Assembly (NCBI GenBank): GCA_965287045.1
Contig: OZ336903.1
Span: 1,178,001-1,242,000 of the forward strand
DNA: 64,000 nt
DNA from: Carcharhinus amblyrhynchos
Taxonomy: Eukaryota
Reading direction: 5' to 3'
Shown: one piece after another, positions 34,668 to 45,848 of the stretch
How positions within the stretch are numbered: position 1 is the stretch's first letter
Layout: each line of letters starts with the position of its first letter
The notes under the pieces: model-generated
What the model was told of the DNA's origin: nothing
Database searches by the model: none
What the model saw: the letters and a program-made list of their open reading frames with translations, nothing else
Program-made: the position numbers and the translations under genes

Positions 34668-36300
34668 GTTGATAAGAAATTGGAACAGGATTAGGCCTTT
34701 GAGAACGTCCAGCCTGGTCCGCCCTTCAGTGGATCATGTCTAATCAGACTTTCATCACATTGGCTCTCTTCCCCTTTTCCCGTGATCCTCGGTTTCTTTA
34801 CTGATCAATAATCTACCTATCTCAGCCTTAAACGTGCACAAGGACTCTGCCTCCACAGCTCTCTGTGGCAACGAGTTCCAAAGATTCCATACTCACCAAC
34901 AAGAGAAAATCCTTCAACTTTCAGTCTGAAATTTCTCCCTCCTCATTCTGAAAATACGCAACTGGTGATAGAATCTCTAATGGCTGCAACATCATCTCAT
35001 TTATCCTGGTAATCCCCATAAGAATCATATGTTTCAATGAGATCACCTTGCATTCTTCTGAATACCAATGCCCATGGCGGCAAGCTATTCCGCCTTTCCT
35101 CCTAAAACTATCCCCTGTTGCATGTGATCATCCTCAGGACCTTTCTTTGAGCTGCCCCTAATTAAACAGTGTTTCCATTAAATAAGTTGCCATAAATACT
35201 CAATTCTCAATTTGTGATCTTTTCAGTATCAGGTAATAATTATCCGAGACCTCTGTTGTCTGCTTTTTTTTATGATTTGTGCAGAAGTACCGCTAAGTTT
35301 CCGTGTATTTTAGCTTCCAGCAGTTTTTCTCCAGTTAAATTATTGTTTTTTTTTTGTTTTTTTTCCAAAAAAATATATTTTACTCTTTGTGCATTTTTTT
35401 ATCCACTCACTGAACTCATCAATATATCTTTGCAAAATGTTTGCAGCTCTCTCAAAATTTGTCTTGATGCAAATTTTAACGCCAGCTTTAAATTTGTCTC
35501 CAGATGATTTGCATCTTCCTCCAAGTTGTTACAATATGTTGTAAAGAGTTGTGTCGAGTTGTGATCCTTTTGGAACCCTACTGGCTACAGGTGGCCAAAC
35601 TGAAAAACAAAACAAAACAAAAAGATCCTTTATCCCCACAGCCTGTTTCCTGCTCATTAGCCAATTCTCTATTACTGCCAATGTAATGACTCCAAAACAA
35701 TGGGCTCTTTTATTGTGAATTAATATTTGTGAGCTACTTTGGTGAAGATTTCAGGAAGTCAAAAAGCAACACATCGACTGTTTCCGCACTACCCAATCCG
35801 ATTGACACATCTTTTAAACATTCAGGGTGAGTCATGAGTGTTTTATCCCGCTCTTCGGGTCTTTACCCCTTCTGAGAATAACTTTTTTGCTGAGAATTAT
35901 GAATTACGTCCTTAAATTCCGACTACTGTACGATTACTGTCTTCCCTGATAACGTATCCGCCCAGTTTACTTCATCTTGTTTTATGCTTACTTATTTCAT
36001 TTAAATCAAACATCGCTGTTTCTGACTCAGAGTCCTCACTCTCAAATTCATTACTCAACCCTATCATGTAATGATCGCAACTTCCCAGGGAATCCTTAAT
36101 TCCGTGGTCATTTACTAAAGCTGCCTCTTTAACCATTGGTTCTTTCCTGGTTTTCAGCATTGTAAATCGTTGCAGTAATCTATCCATAATACCCTTTGTG
36201 ACTTTCTTGCTGCAGCTATCCTTCCCAACGTTATTGAACAATCAACATTAGTAAACTGACACAATTATTGCTCTATCATTTTAAATGCTCCATGATTTGT
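34668..36300 (-). mobile_element. Old degenerate CR1-like LINE fragments; 3' end shared with 46430-46860
   Basis: ctctgcctccacagctctctgtggcaacgagttcca; LGSCDHYMI-type endonuclease-region remnant. Confidence 0.7.
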
Positions 36301-37015
36301 TGATATATTGCTTTTCCTTTGACGTGGATATTGTTTCAGGGTGTATTCTATCCTCCTTCCAATGTGCCACCCCCTCCACCACCCCCCCCCCACCCCCCAC
36401 CCACCCTGCTATTTTCCATCTCCACCCTCATGGACTTCATTTCATCCATGCCATGATGCTCTCTCACAAAAGTGTGCATTTCAGTCCTTATTAACTGTGC
36501 TACCCCATCATACCCTCCTCTCCTGGCGTTGTGAAATGTTAAATGTATCTGAAAATTAATTAATTTCCCAGCTCTGATGTATTTGCAACCAAGTCTTCGC
36601 AAAAGCTATTCTCTCAAATCCAGATAGCTTGGTTTGCGCTGTCTGTTCGTCTATTTCGAACTCTATGTGCATTCAGGTATAAAGCGTTTAAAGATTCGTC
36701 TTTTGCTATTATTAATCATCATTTGTGCTGTGAGAATATTTCCCTTTTGTCGTTAATTATCTGAGCTCCCAATGCTGCATTTTACTGTTCATTATTATTG
36801 ATTCCAGTGCTTCTGTTTCCGATGTCACACATCCAGTTATCATTCCATTTTATCCCTTCCGAACTAAACACTCAAATAATCGCCAATGGACAACATTTTT
36901 GGCCCTGACCAGGTGCAACCCGTCCAGTTTGTTTTGATTTCTCCCCACCCCCAACCAATCCCTGAACTGGTGCCAAAGTCCCACCGATGTAAAACCCGTC
37001 ACCAGGTGCTCAGCT

Positions 37016-38610
37016 GATACAGAGTCACAGAGTCATAGGGGTTTTCAGCATGGAAACAGGCCCTTCAGCCGAACTTCTCCATGTTGCCCTATGTTTAAAA
37101 CCCCTAAGCTAATCCCACTTGCCCGCATTTGACCCATATCCCTTTGTACCCATTGTACCCGTGTAGCTCTGTAAACGTTTTTTTTAATGTAAAATTGTCC
37201 CCGCCTCGACCACTGCCTCTTGTTCCAGACACTCACCAGCCTCTGTGTGAAAAAAAAAGCCCCTCTGGACACCTTTGAATCTCGCCCCTCTCACCTTAAA
37301 CTTATGCTGTCTAATTTTAATCTCCCCTACCTTTAGGAAACAAGAAAATGACTATATACCTTGTCTATGCCCCTCATTATTCTATAGACTTCTATATTTC
37401 ACCCCTCAGCCTCCTACGTTCCAGAGAAAAAAAAGTTCGAGCCTACTCAGCCTCTCCTTAAAATTCAATCCATCAAGTCCCGATAGCATCCTAGTAAATA
37501 TTTTCTGCACTTTTTCTTTCTAGTTTAGGAACATCATTTCTATAATAGTTTGAGCAGAATTGCACACAGTATTCCAAGTGTGGCCTTACCAATGCCTTGT
37601 ACAGCTTCAACAAGACCTCCCACCTCCTGCATTCACCGTTCTGACCGATGAAACCAAGAATGCTAAAGGTCTTTTTCACCATTTTGGCCAACTGTGACTC
37701 CACGTTCAAAGAGTTGTGGACATGCACCTTTCGATCTTTTTGTTCTGCATCTCTCCCCAATGCCCTACCATTAACGGGCTAAGTCCTGCCTTGGTTCAAT
37801 CTATCAAAATGCATCACCACACATTTGGCCAAATTAAAGTCCATCTGCCATTCGTCACCCCACTGGTCTAATTTATCAAGATCCTGTTGCAATTGGAGAT
37901 TAGTTTCAACACTGTTCACTATGCCAGCAATCTTAGTGTCATCTGAAAATCTACTAACCATGTCCCTTATATTCTCATCCAAATCTTTCATATAAATGGC
38001 AAATAACAGTGGGTGCAGCGCTGATCACTGACACACTCTCTACAACCACCCTCCGGCTTCTTTCAATAAGCCATTTTTGTATCCGTTTTTATACTCCTAT
38101 AGAATCATAGAACCCTACAGTGCAGAAAGAGACCCTTCAGCCCATCGAGTCTGCACCGAACACAATCCAATCCACGCCCTACTCCCATATCCCTACCTAT
38201 TAGACCCACTAATCCCTCTAGTCTACTCATCCCTGGACACTAAAGGGCAATTTCTTAGCATGGCCAATCAACCTAACGCTCACATCTTTCGACTGTGGGA
38301 GGAAACCGGAGTACCCGGACAAAACCCACGCAGACACGAGGAGAATGTACAAACTCCACACAGACAGGGCCTGAGCCGGGAATCTAACCCAGGAAGCTGG
38401 AACTGTGAAGCAGCAGTGCTAACCAGTGTGCGACTGTGTCGCCCTCAACCTGGATCCCGTCAGACTTAATTTTATGCAACAACCTACCATGCCGTACATT
38501 GCCAAAGGCCTTGCTAAAGACCATGTCGACAACATCAACTGCACTGTCCTCATCTACCTTCTTAGTTACCCCTTCAAAAAACTGAATTTAATTTGTGAGA
38601 CATGATTTTC
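37016..38610 (-). mobile_element. Degenerate 5'-truncated CR1, present only in the gene A arm, with a nested SINE
   Basis: DLDENIRDMVSRFSDDTKI, LYKALVRPHLEYCVQF, FFTQRLVSVWN; (acagagtc)n tail. Confidence 0.92.
38099..38444 (-). mobile_element. HE1-like SINE nested in CR1
   Basis: atagaatcatagaaccctacagtgcag tail; gcagcagtgctaacca head. Confidence 0.93.
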
Positions 38611-39044
38611 CACTCACAAAACCACTCATATGTCCTGCTACATATAATTTGACAAACACCATGAGCTGTTAGTAAATCGGAAATCATTATATTTGAGAAA
38701 CACTTTCGAACTGACTTCCTAACTCCCCATATTCTGCCATTCTATTTTACCCATTTGATTAATACCGATGCAACTCATGACAAGTGGCTGCTGAGCGCCC
38801 CCTGCTGAATATCCGCTCTGAGAAACCCTTGAGCACCAGGGACGAAACATATCAACCTGAAGTTCCCTGGCATTTGAATCTCATATAAGGATTGCATTCC
38901 CACACTTTCTGTTCTATCTCGTGCAATGGAGCCATATATGGTGCTATGAATTCGGATGTTACTCCCATCACATGAGAAGCCATTACCCCAACAGGGTCGA
39001 AATCAGCCCACCATCAGTGGCACCTCCGCGCCAGGCCCCCAAGT

Positions 39045-39245
39045 ATTTTCCCTGCTCATCTGCCTAACACTAAGGGGCGATTTCGCATGGCCAATCAACC
39101 CAACCTGCACTTCATTGGATTGTGGGAGTGAACCGGAGCGCCCGGGGGAAACCCACGCAGACACGGAGAGAATATGCAAACTTCACACAATCAGCTCGGT
39201 ATTGAAAACGGGGCCCCTGATGCTGTGAGTCCGCAGTACAGCCCT
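39045..39245 (-). mobile_element. SINE fragment (paralog of 45328-45540)
   Basis: ggaaacccacgcagacacggagagaatatgcaaac. Confidence 0.85.
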
Positions 39246-41199
39246 TATTTTGTTTTTATTACTTTAAATCATCCTAGACCTCAGATTGTTTTTTAGGACG
39301 AAATAAACATTTAAATTAAATTGCATCATTGCTACAAGCTCAGCCCTTGTGACTCCCTGTTTCCCGAAGCTCCAGACAAGGCCGCACTGAAGAGCCTTCT
39401 GTTTTTGGCCCGAAATTCAAGGTTTCTGAAGCTGCATTAATCCTGATTTCTAATTAACTAGCTCCAGCTGAGAGGCTGGGAAAACCTTTTTCCAACCTGC
39501 GATTAAGATTCACCCAATCAAAAGTGCAATGTTTAATTGATTGCTAAAATAATGAACAAAGTAGATTGAAATTTAACATTTCCTGGATACTGTGAGGAAA
39601 TCCCTGTCATTTCTGATCCCCTTCATGGAGTCCCATGCTGTGACTGCTTTCTGAATTGATTGTTACCTCTGATTATTACTGCAGTCTCCCGCCCTCTTGT
39701 GTGGAATATACTCGCTCTGCTGTGCAGCCGATTAAAGAATATTGCCGCATTTTGGGTTTAGTTCCTGTCGTGAATGCACAGACTTGTATTAAACAAGCCC
39801 AAAGTTCACCAAAAAAAAGTCTAACGCCACTGTCGACCAGCATTGATCCAATCTGATCGGTTCCTTCCACGCCAACTAAGAATAAGAATGTTACCTGTGG
39901 CGCAAACACAGGAGTTTAACAACCGTTGGGCAGTGACCATTTGCTTCGTTTGCACGTATACATCATTAACCCTATTTTACGACATTTACCAATGGGAATG
40001 CCGCAGTTTAGGGATGTGACCTGTCCCGCGTGGTTTCTGCTTTGTGATTTCCTGCAGTATTTTCAGTGGTACATTACACTGAAGGTATCAGAGAGAATGT
40101 GCAGTGTGTATTTGATAGAAAGAAATTTCCAGTCGAACTGAAATATAACACAGGTATTTGTGAAGTGTTGACCTGATTGTGGAAATACTTGTCATTCTTA
40201 CATATTTTTTCTCTTTAACCGTTTCAGGTCACAGTCATCAACAAATACAGGATGAGACGTCCACGGACATACGGATCTCGTATTAGATGAATTAACATTT
40301 CCACAAATACCGCCATGTCGAATATGCTTTCATGCCAGATAAAAACGTTGTTGTTTTCGGATCAATAGTTTATAGTTTCATGTCGCATTTTGTAATTCTC
40401 ATTTCTGTCTTTGTTCTGCGTGAAAGAGTAAACGTTTTGTTCAATCAACAGTGGAAAACAACCTCGAATGTATATCGAGTCTATATTAAAGCTGTTACAT
40501 CGCATTGCATTGTGGAACGGAACCGTTATTATAATTCAAGATTTGATGTTTTTTTTGTCAAATGGATTTGAAGTTTATTTTGTAAACGCTTCCCTTCTTA
40601 TGCCACTAAATACAGATTAGAGCAGATAAATACATGGTTTGCTTCCATTTTCTTCATTTATTATATTGTAAATAGTCAGGGAGGCAGAGAGAGGACATTT
40701 ACCGGGGGGGTGGGGTTTGCAAAGATTGAATGGGGATTACTGGGAGGATTAGAGGGGACATTAGGAAGACGCTTTTCACTCAGAATGTAGTGGGTGTCTG
40801 CAATTCGTGTGTAAACTGCTGGTCCAGAAAGAAACTCCTCGGATCCGTCGATTGGCCCCCAGATCTGTCGCTGAAATGTTGTAACCTGTAAAGATCGGAC
40901 TGGGGACTGGGTCACTAGAAGGTGGGATTAGAATGGAATGCTAGGTTATATTTCTCGAGATGGTTCAGATGTGATGGGCTGAATGGCCTCTTTCTATGCC
41001 GTATCCTTTTCTCTGCTTTCTGTTAGCCCTCTCGCTGGGCCAGGTGGAGGAATGAGTTTTGTTTTAAATAAGAAACAAGAGGAAAGCTGCGGATATTGAA
41101 GCAACGCTGAGTTATTCTGATACCCATCCCCCCTCCAATAATCAAAGTGAGTGAGAAATCTCCCCGCCCGCCCCATGTTCAACCCAAATGCATTTCCCG

Positions 41200-41460
41200 G
41201 GGTGACAGTACGGTGACACAGTGTTTCGCGCTGCTGGCTCACAACACCAGGGACCCGAGTTCGATTCAAGCCTTGGGTCACTGTCTGTGTGGAGTTTGCA
41301 CATTCTCCCCGTGTCTGACTGGGTTTCTTCTGGGTGCTCCGGTTTCCAACCACATTCCAAAGATGTGTGGGTTAGGGGGGATCAGAGGGTAACTATGTGA
41401 GGGGAGGGGAGTCGGATAAGATGCCCTGTCGATGCAGAGTCCATGCACCGTCAGGATTTG
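41200..41460 (+). mobile_element. Diverged HE1-like SINE
   Basis: ccagggacccgagttcgattc, tgtggagtttgcacattctccccgtgtctg. Confidence 0.85.
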
Positions 41461-41689
41461 ATGGTTTTAAGTGGGGGTAGTTTGATCCCTGGGGTCAAGG
41501 TGCTGCGGTGACAATTCACTCTCTGGCTTTAAACACTCTGCAATGCAGAGACTGGAGAGGAGTGTACACCAGGGGGCAGCATTGCAGCTTCTTCCCCCCA
41601 TTGAAACTGGGATTGTTGCTCCATCTGCTGCACCATCCCCACCACATCCACCGGGGACAATCTGGACAATGGGCTGCAGGGAGACCCAT

Positions 41690-41936
41690 CGCTGGCGGCC
41701 ATCTTGTATTGCTGGAAGAGTCAGCCGGCGGCCATCTTGCGTTACCAGGGGAGATGGCAGGCGGCCATCTTGCGTTGCCAGGGGAGACGGCCGGCGGCCA
41801 TCTTACGTTGCCAGGGGAGACAGCAGGCGGCCATCTTGCGTTGCCAGGGGGACGGCAGGCGGCCATCTTGCATTGCCAGGGCAGACGGCAGGCGGCCATC
41901 TTGCGTTGCCAGGGGAGACAGCAGGCGGGCATCTTG
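41690..41936. repeat. 33-bp GC-rich minisatellite, 8 copies of GGCGGCCATCTTG (YY1-like motif)
   Basis: Cores at ~41694, 41727, 41760, 41793, 41826, 41858, 41891, 41924. Confidence 0.93.
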
Positions 41937-42409
41937 GAATATTGTGTACGCTTATAGACTCCTTATTGAAGGAAATAATTAATTCTATGGGAAGGAGTTG
42001 AAAAAAAAGTGTACTGGACTAATATCTGTAATGGACTGGTTACTGCTGCAGTAAGTTTGCAGAGACCCGGTTTGCATTCAGTGCAGTTTAGGAGAGTAGG
42101 AAGCCATTTGATCAAAACCTCTAAGATCCTGGAGGGTACTGAACGGGTAGATGTGGCAAGGATATTCTTTCTTGCTGGAAATTTAGATCAGGGATCATTA
42201 TTTTCATCAACGGATCGTCCATTTCCGGGACAATATTTATTTTTTGTTGGACATTAAGCGATTAGTTAATGAATTCCTAATGTATGTTAAATTTCCCATT
42301 TCCTTGTATGATTCCACCCAACATTACACCAACATGTTTCTGAAGTCTTACACGAATAACCTGACAATTCCACAATTTGGCAGCAATTTGAAGCCATTTC
42401 ACTGCTTCT

Positions 42410-43335
42410 TCACCTCGCACTCTCTCCCCCACCGCTGGTATCGGTGTGTCACTCCCTTTCTCTCGCACTCTGTCCTCCCACCGCTGGTATCGGTGTGTCA
42501 CTCCCTTTCTCTGGCACTCTGTCCTCCCACCGCTGGTGTCGGAGTGTCACTGCCTCTCTCTGGCACTCTCTCCTCCCACTGCTGCTGTCGGTGTGTCACT
42601 GCCTCTCTCTGGCAGTCTCTTCTCCTACCGCTGGTGTCGCTGTCACTGACCTCTTCGTTCTGTCACTCTCTGCTCCCACTGGTGGTGCCTCTGTGCTCCC
42701 CCCTTCTCGCTCTGTCACTTTCTTTTCCCACCGCTGATGTTTCTCGTTCTCTCGATCTCCCACCCCAACCACGGCTGGTGTCACTGACTCTCCAATTTTC
42801 GCCCTGTCACTCTGTCCTCCTACCGCTAGAGTCGCTGTCTGTCCCGCTCTGTTTCTGTCACTCTTTCCTCCCACCGCTGATAACTTTCTTTGTCCCTTTC
42901 CTCGGCCACTCACTCAACCCATCGCTGGTGTCACTGTCTGTCCCCCTCTGGCTCTGTCACTCCCCTCCCACAGCTGGCGTTTCTGTTCCTCCTCCTCCTT
43001 TCACCCGCATGGTGGCGCAGTGCTGAGCGCTGCTGCGAGACAGTGCCAAGGAAACGGGTTCAATTCCTGGCTTGGGTCATTTTCTATGCGGAGTCAGCAT
43101 GTACTCCCCATGTCTGTGCGGGTTTCCCCCCGGTGCTATGGTTTATTCCCACACTCAGAATGATGTGCTAATGAAGGATTGGCCATGCTCAGCACTCACT
43201 CAGTGTACCCGAATAGGTGCCGCTGTGGCGGACAGAGGATTTTTGCAGTAATTTCATTGCAGTGTCAATGTAAGCCTACTCGTGATACGAATAAATAAAC
43301 TCTCTCCTCCAACCGCTGGTGTCACTGTCCCTGCA
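42410..43335. repeat. ~49-bp pyrimidine-rich minisatellite (~12 copies) interrupted near its end by a SINE
   Basis: cactctgtcctcccaccgctggtatcggtgtgtcactccctttctctgg units. Confidence 0.88.
43007..43299 (+). mobile_element. tRNA-derived SINE (cattgcagtgtcaatgtaagcctac tail variant)
   Basis: gcatggtggcgcagtg head, gggttcaattcctgg B box, aataaataaac end. Confidence 0.88.
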
Positions 43336-45327
43336 ATTCCCTTTTCAACAACTTTATTGACAACGAGGCGTTGTGGGCCTGACACAGCGGAATACAGCAA
43401 GCTCACAGGGAGAAAAAAAAACGCGAGCGAAGTGGGCCGATATGTAAACATTTCCATCTTAATCTGCGCTCAGAAAATGGTGTCGGAATTGTCCAGTTTG
43501 ATCACCATTTCCAATATTTATGTATTTGTGAAATAACGGTCTTCAGCTAATTAATGTTTCTGTTTTAATGCCATAACGACCGAAGGATGGTTAGAATTGC
43601 CGGGCGATCGTACAGGGGCTTATCCGGAGGAAATGAAAACTAACGGATTACTGGATATTAAATCTTGTGGAATTAAAATGAAAAGGAGACATGGGAATCT
43701 GAGCAGCATCTTCATACCTCCCGCTACACAACGGTCTCCAGTGTTTAGGGTAGTGTTGGGATGCAATCGGGTTGTATTTAGTTGCTGGGGAAATGCAGTG
43801 GAGCACCGCCCCCACCCCCACACCCACCCACCCACCCACCCCACCTCCGCCCCCATGATGATCTAGAATATAACAAATGAAGAAAACGGAAACAATCCAT
43901 GTATTTATCCGCCGTAATCTTTATTTAATGGCATAAGAAGTGAAGCTTTTACAAAATGAACGTCAAATCTATTTGACCAAAAAAAAACTTGAATAAAATC
44001 TTGAATTATAATCACGGCTCCTTTCCACAATGCAATGCAATGTAATACCTTTAATATGGACAGTGCAATACTCGACACACTTTCCATGTTGTTTTTCATT
44101 ATTAATTGAACAAAACGTTGATTCTTTCATATAAAACAAGGAAAGAAATAATAATTCACAAAATACACAACATGAAATAATAACATATTGATACAAAAAC
44201 AACTGCGCATTTTTGTGAGATTAAAGCATATTAAACGTGGCGATATTTGTGGAAAACTTAATGGGCGTCCCCATTGATTTAAGTCACATGTCTGAGGACG
44301 TCACATCCTGAATTTTGAGATGGCTGTGACCTGAAACGGTAAAAGAAAAATGAGTGAGAATTACAACCATTTCCACAATTAATTCAACACTACACAAGTA
44401 ATTGTATTACATTCCAGTTCAACTGTCAGTTTCTTTCTATGAAATACACACTGCACATTCTCTGCGATACTTTCAATGTAATGTATCACTGAAAATACTG
44501 CAAGAAATCACAAAGCAGAAACCATGTGGGACAGGTCACACCCCGACACTGCGGCATTCCCATTGGAAAATGTCATAAAATACGGTTTAACATTATATTG
44601 TATATGTTTAAACTTCGGAAATGAATGGTCACTGCCCAAGGTCGCTGCTTATGCAAGGGGCACTGTTATTCTTGGCTGGCGTGGAAGGAACCGACAAGAT
44701 TGGATTAATACGGATTTACTGTATACTGTGGAGGGTAGACACATTTTTGGTGAACTTTGGGCTGAAAGTAGATTCCTTGTTTAATACAATTCTGTGCATT
44801 CGCGACAGGAACTAAACCCAAATGCCAATTATTCTTTGATCGGCTGCAGACCAGAGCGAGTATATTCCACACAAGAGGGCGGGAGACTGCAGTAATAATC
44901 AGAGGTGATAATCAATTCAGAAAGCAGTCACAGCATGGGATTCCATGAAGGAGATCAGAAATGACAGGGATTTCCTCACAGTATCCAGGAAATGCTAAAT
45001 TTCAATCTACTTTGTTCATTATTTTAGCAATCAATTAAACATTGCACTTTTGATTGGGTGAATTTTAATGGCAGGTTGGAAACAGGTTTTCCCAGCCTCT
45101 CAGCTGGAGCTAGTTAATTAGAAATCAGGATTAATGCAGCTTCAGAAGCCTTGAATGTCAGGCCCAAAAACAGAAGGATCTTCAGTGTGGCGTTGTCTGG
45201 AGCTTCGAGAAACAGGGAGTCACAAGGACTGAGTTTGAAGGAATGATGTAATTTAATTTGAAGATTTATTTCAATCTGAATATCAGTCTGAATCCAGATT
45301 GTTTTAAATTAATGAAAACAAAATAAG

Positions 45328-45540
45328 GGCAGCACGGTGAGACAGTGGTTAGCACTGCGGACTCACAGCATCAGGGGTTTTCAATCACGGGTTTTCAATC
45401 CCCATCTCATTGTGTGAAGTTTGCATGTTCTCTCCGTGTCTGCGTGGGTTTCCTCCGGGTGATCCAGTTTCCTCTCACAGTCCAATGAAGTGCAGGTTGG
45501 GTTGATTGGCCATGCTTAATCGCCCCTTGGTGTTAGGCAG
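45328..45540 (+). mobile_element. SINE 5' part
   Basis: gggcagcacggtgagacagtggttagcactgc ... gtgtctgcgtgggtttcctccggg. Confidence 0.88.
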
Positions 45541-45804
45541 ACGAGTAGGGAAAATATTTAGGGCCTGGCGTGGAGGTGCCATTGATGTTGGGCTGATTTC
45601 GATCCTGTTGGGGTAATGGCTTCTCATGTGATGGGAGTAACATCCCAATTCATAGCACCATATATGGCTCCATTGCACGAGATAGAAGCAGAAAGTGTGG
45701 GAATGCTATCCTTATATGAGATTCAAATGTCAGGGAAATTGGAAGACATTTGTTTGGCCGCAAACGATTCTCCAGGCTGGGATGTTGCGCCTCTGGTGTT
45801 CTGC

Positions 45805-45848
45805 TCAAGGGTTTCTCAGGGCAGTTGGAAGATATTCAGCAGGGGGCG
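45805..45848 (-). CDS. Candidate last coding exon of gene B, (A)[13 protein letters not shown]
   Basis: ctcttcag acceptor in phase 1; the alternative is read-through of the previous exon (LGEINL*). Confidence 0.35.

Noticed and set aside
41508-42001. Repeat-peptide ORFs (GGHLALPGETA)n
   Set aside because: A 33-bp GC-rich unit is open in several frames by chance; no splice support
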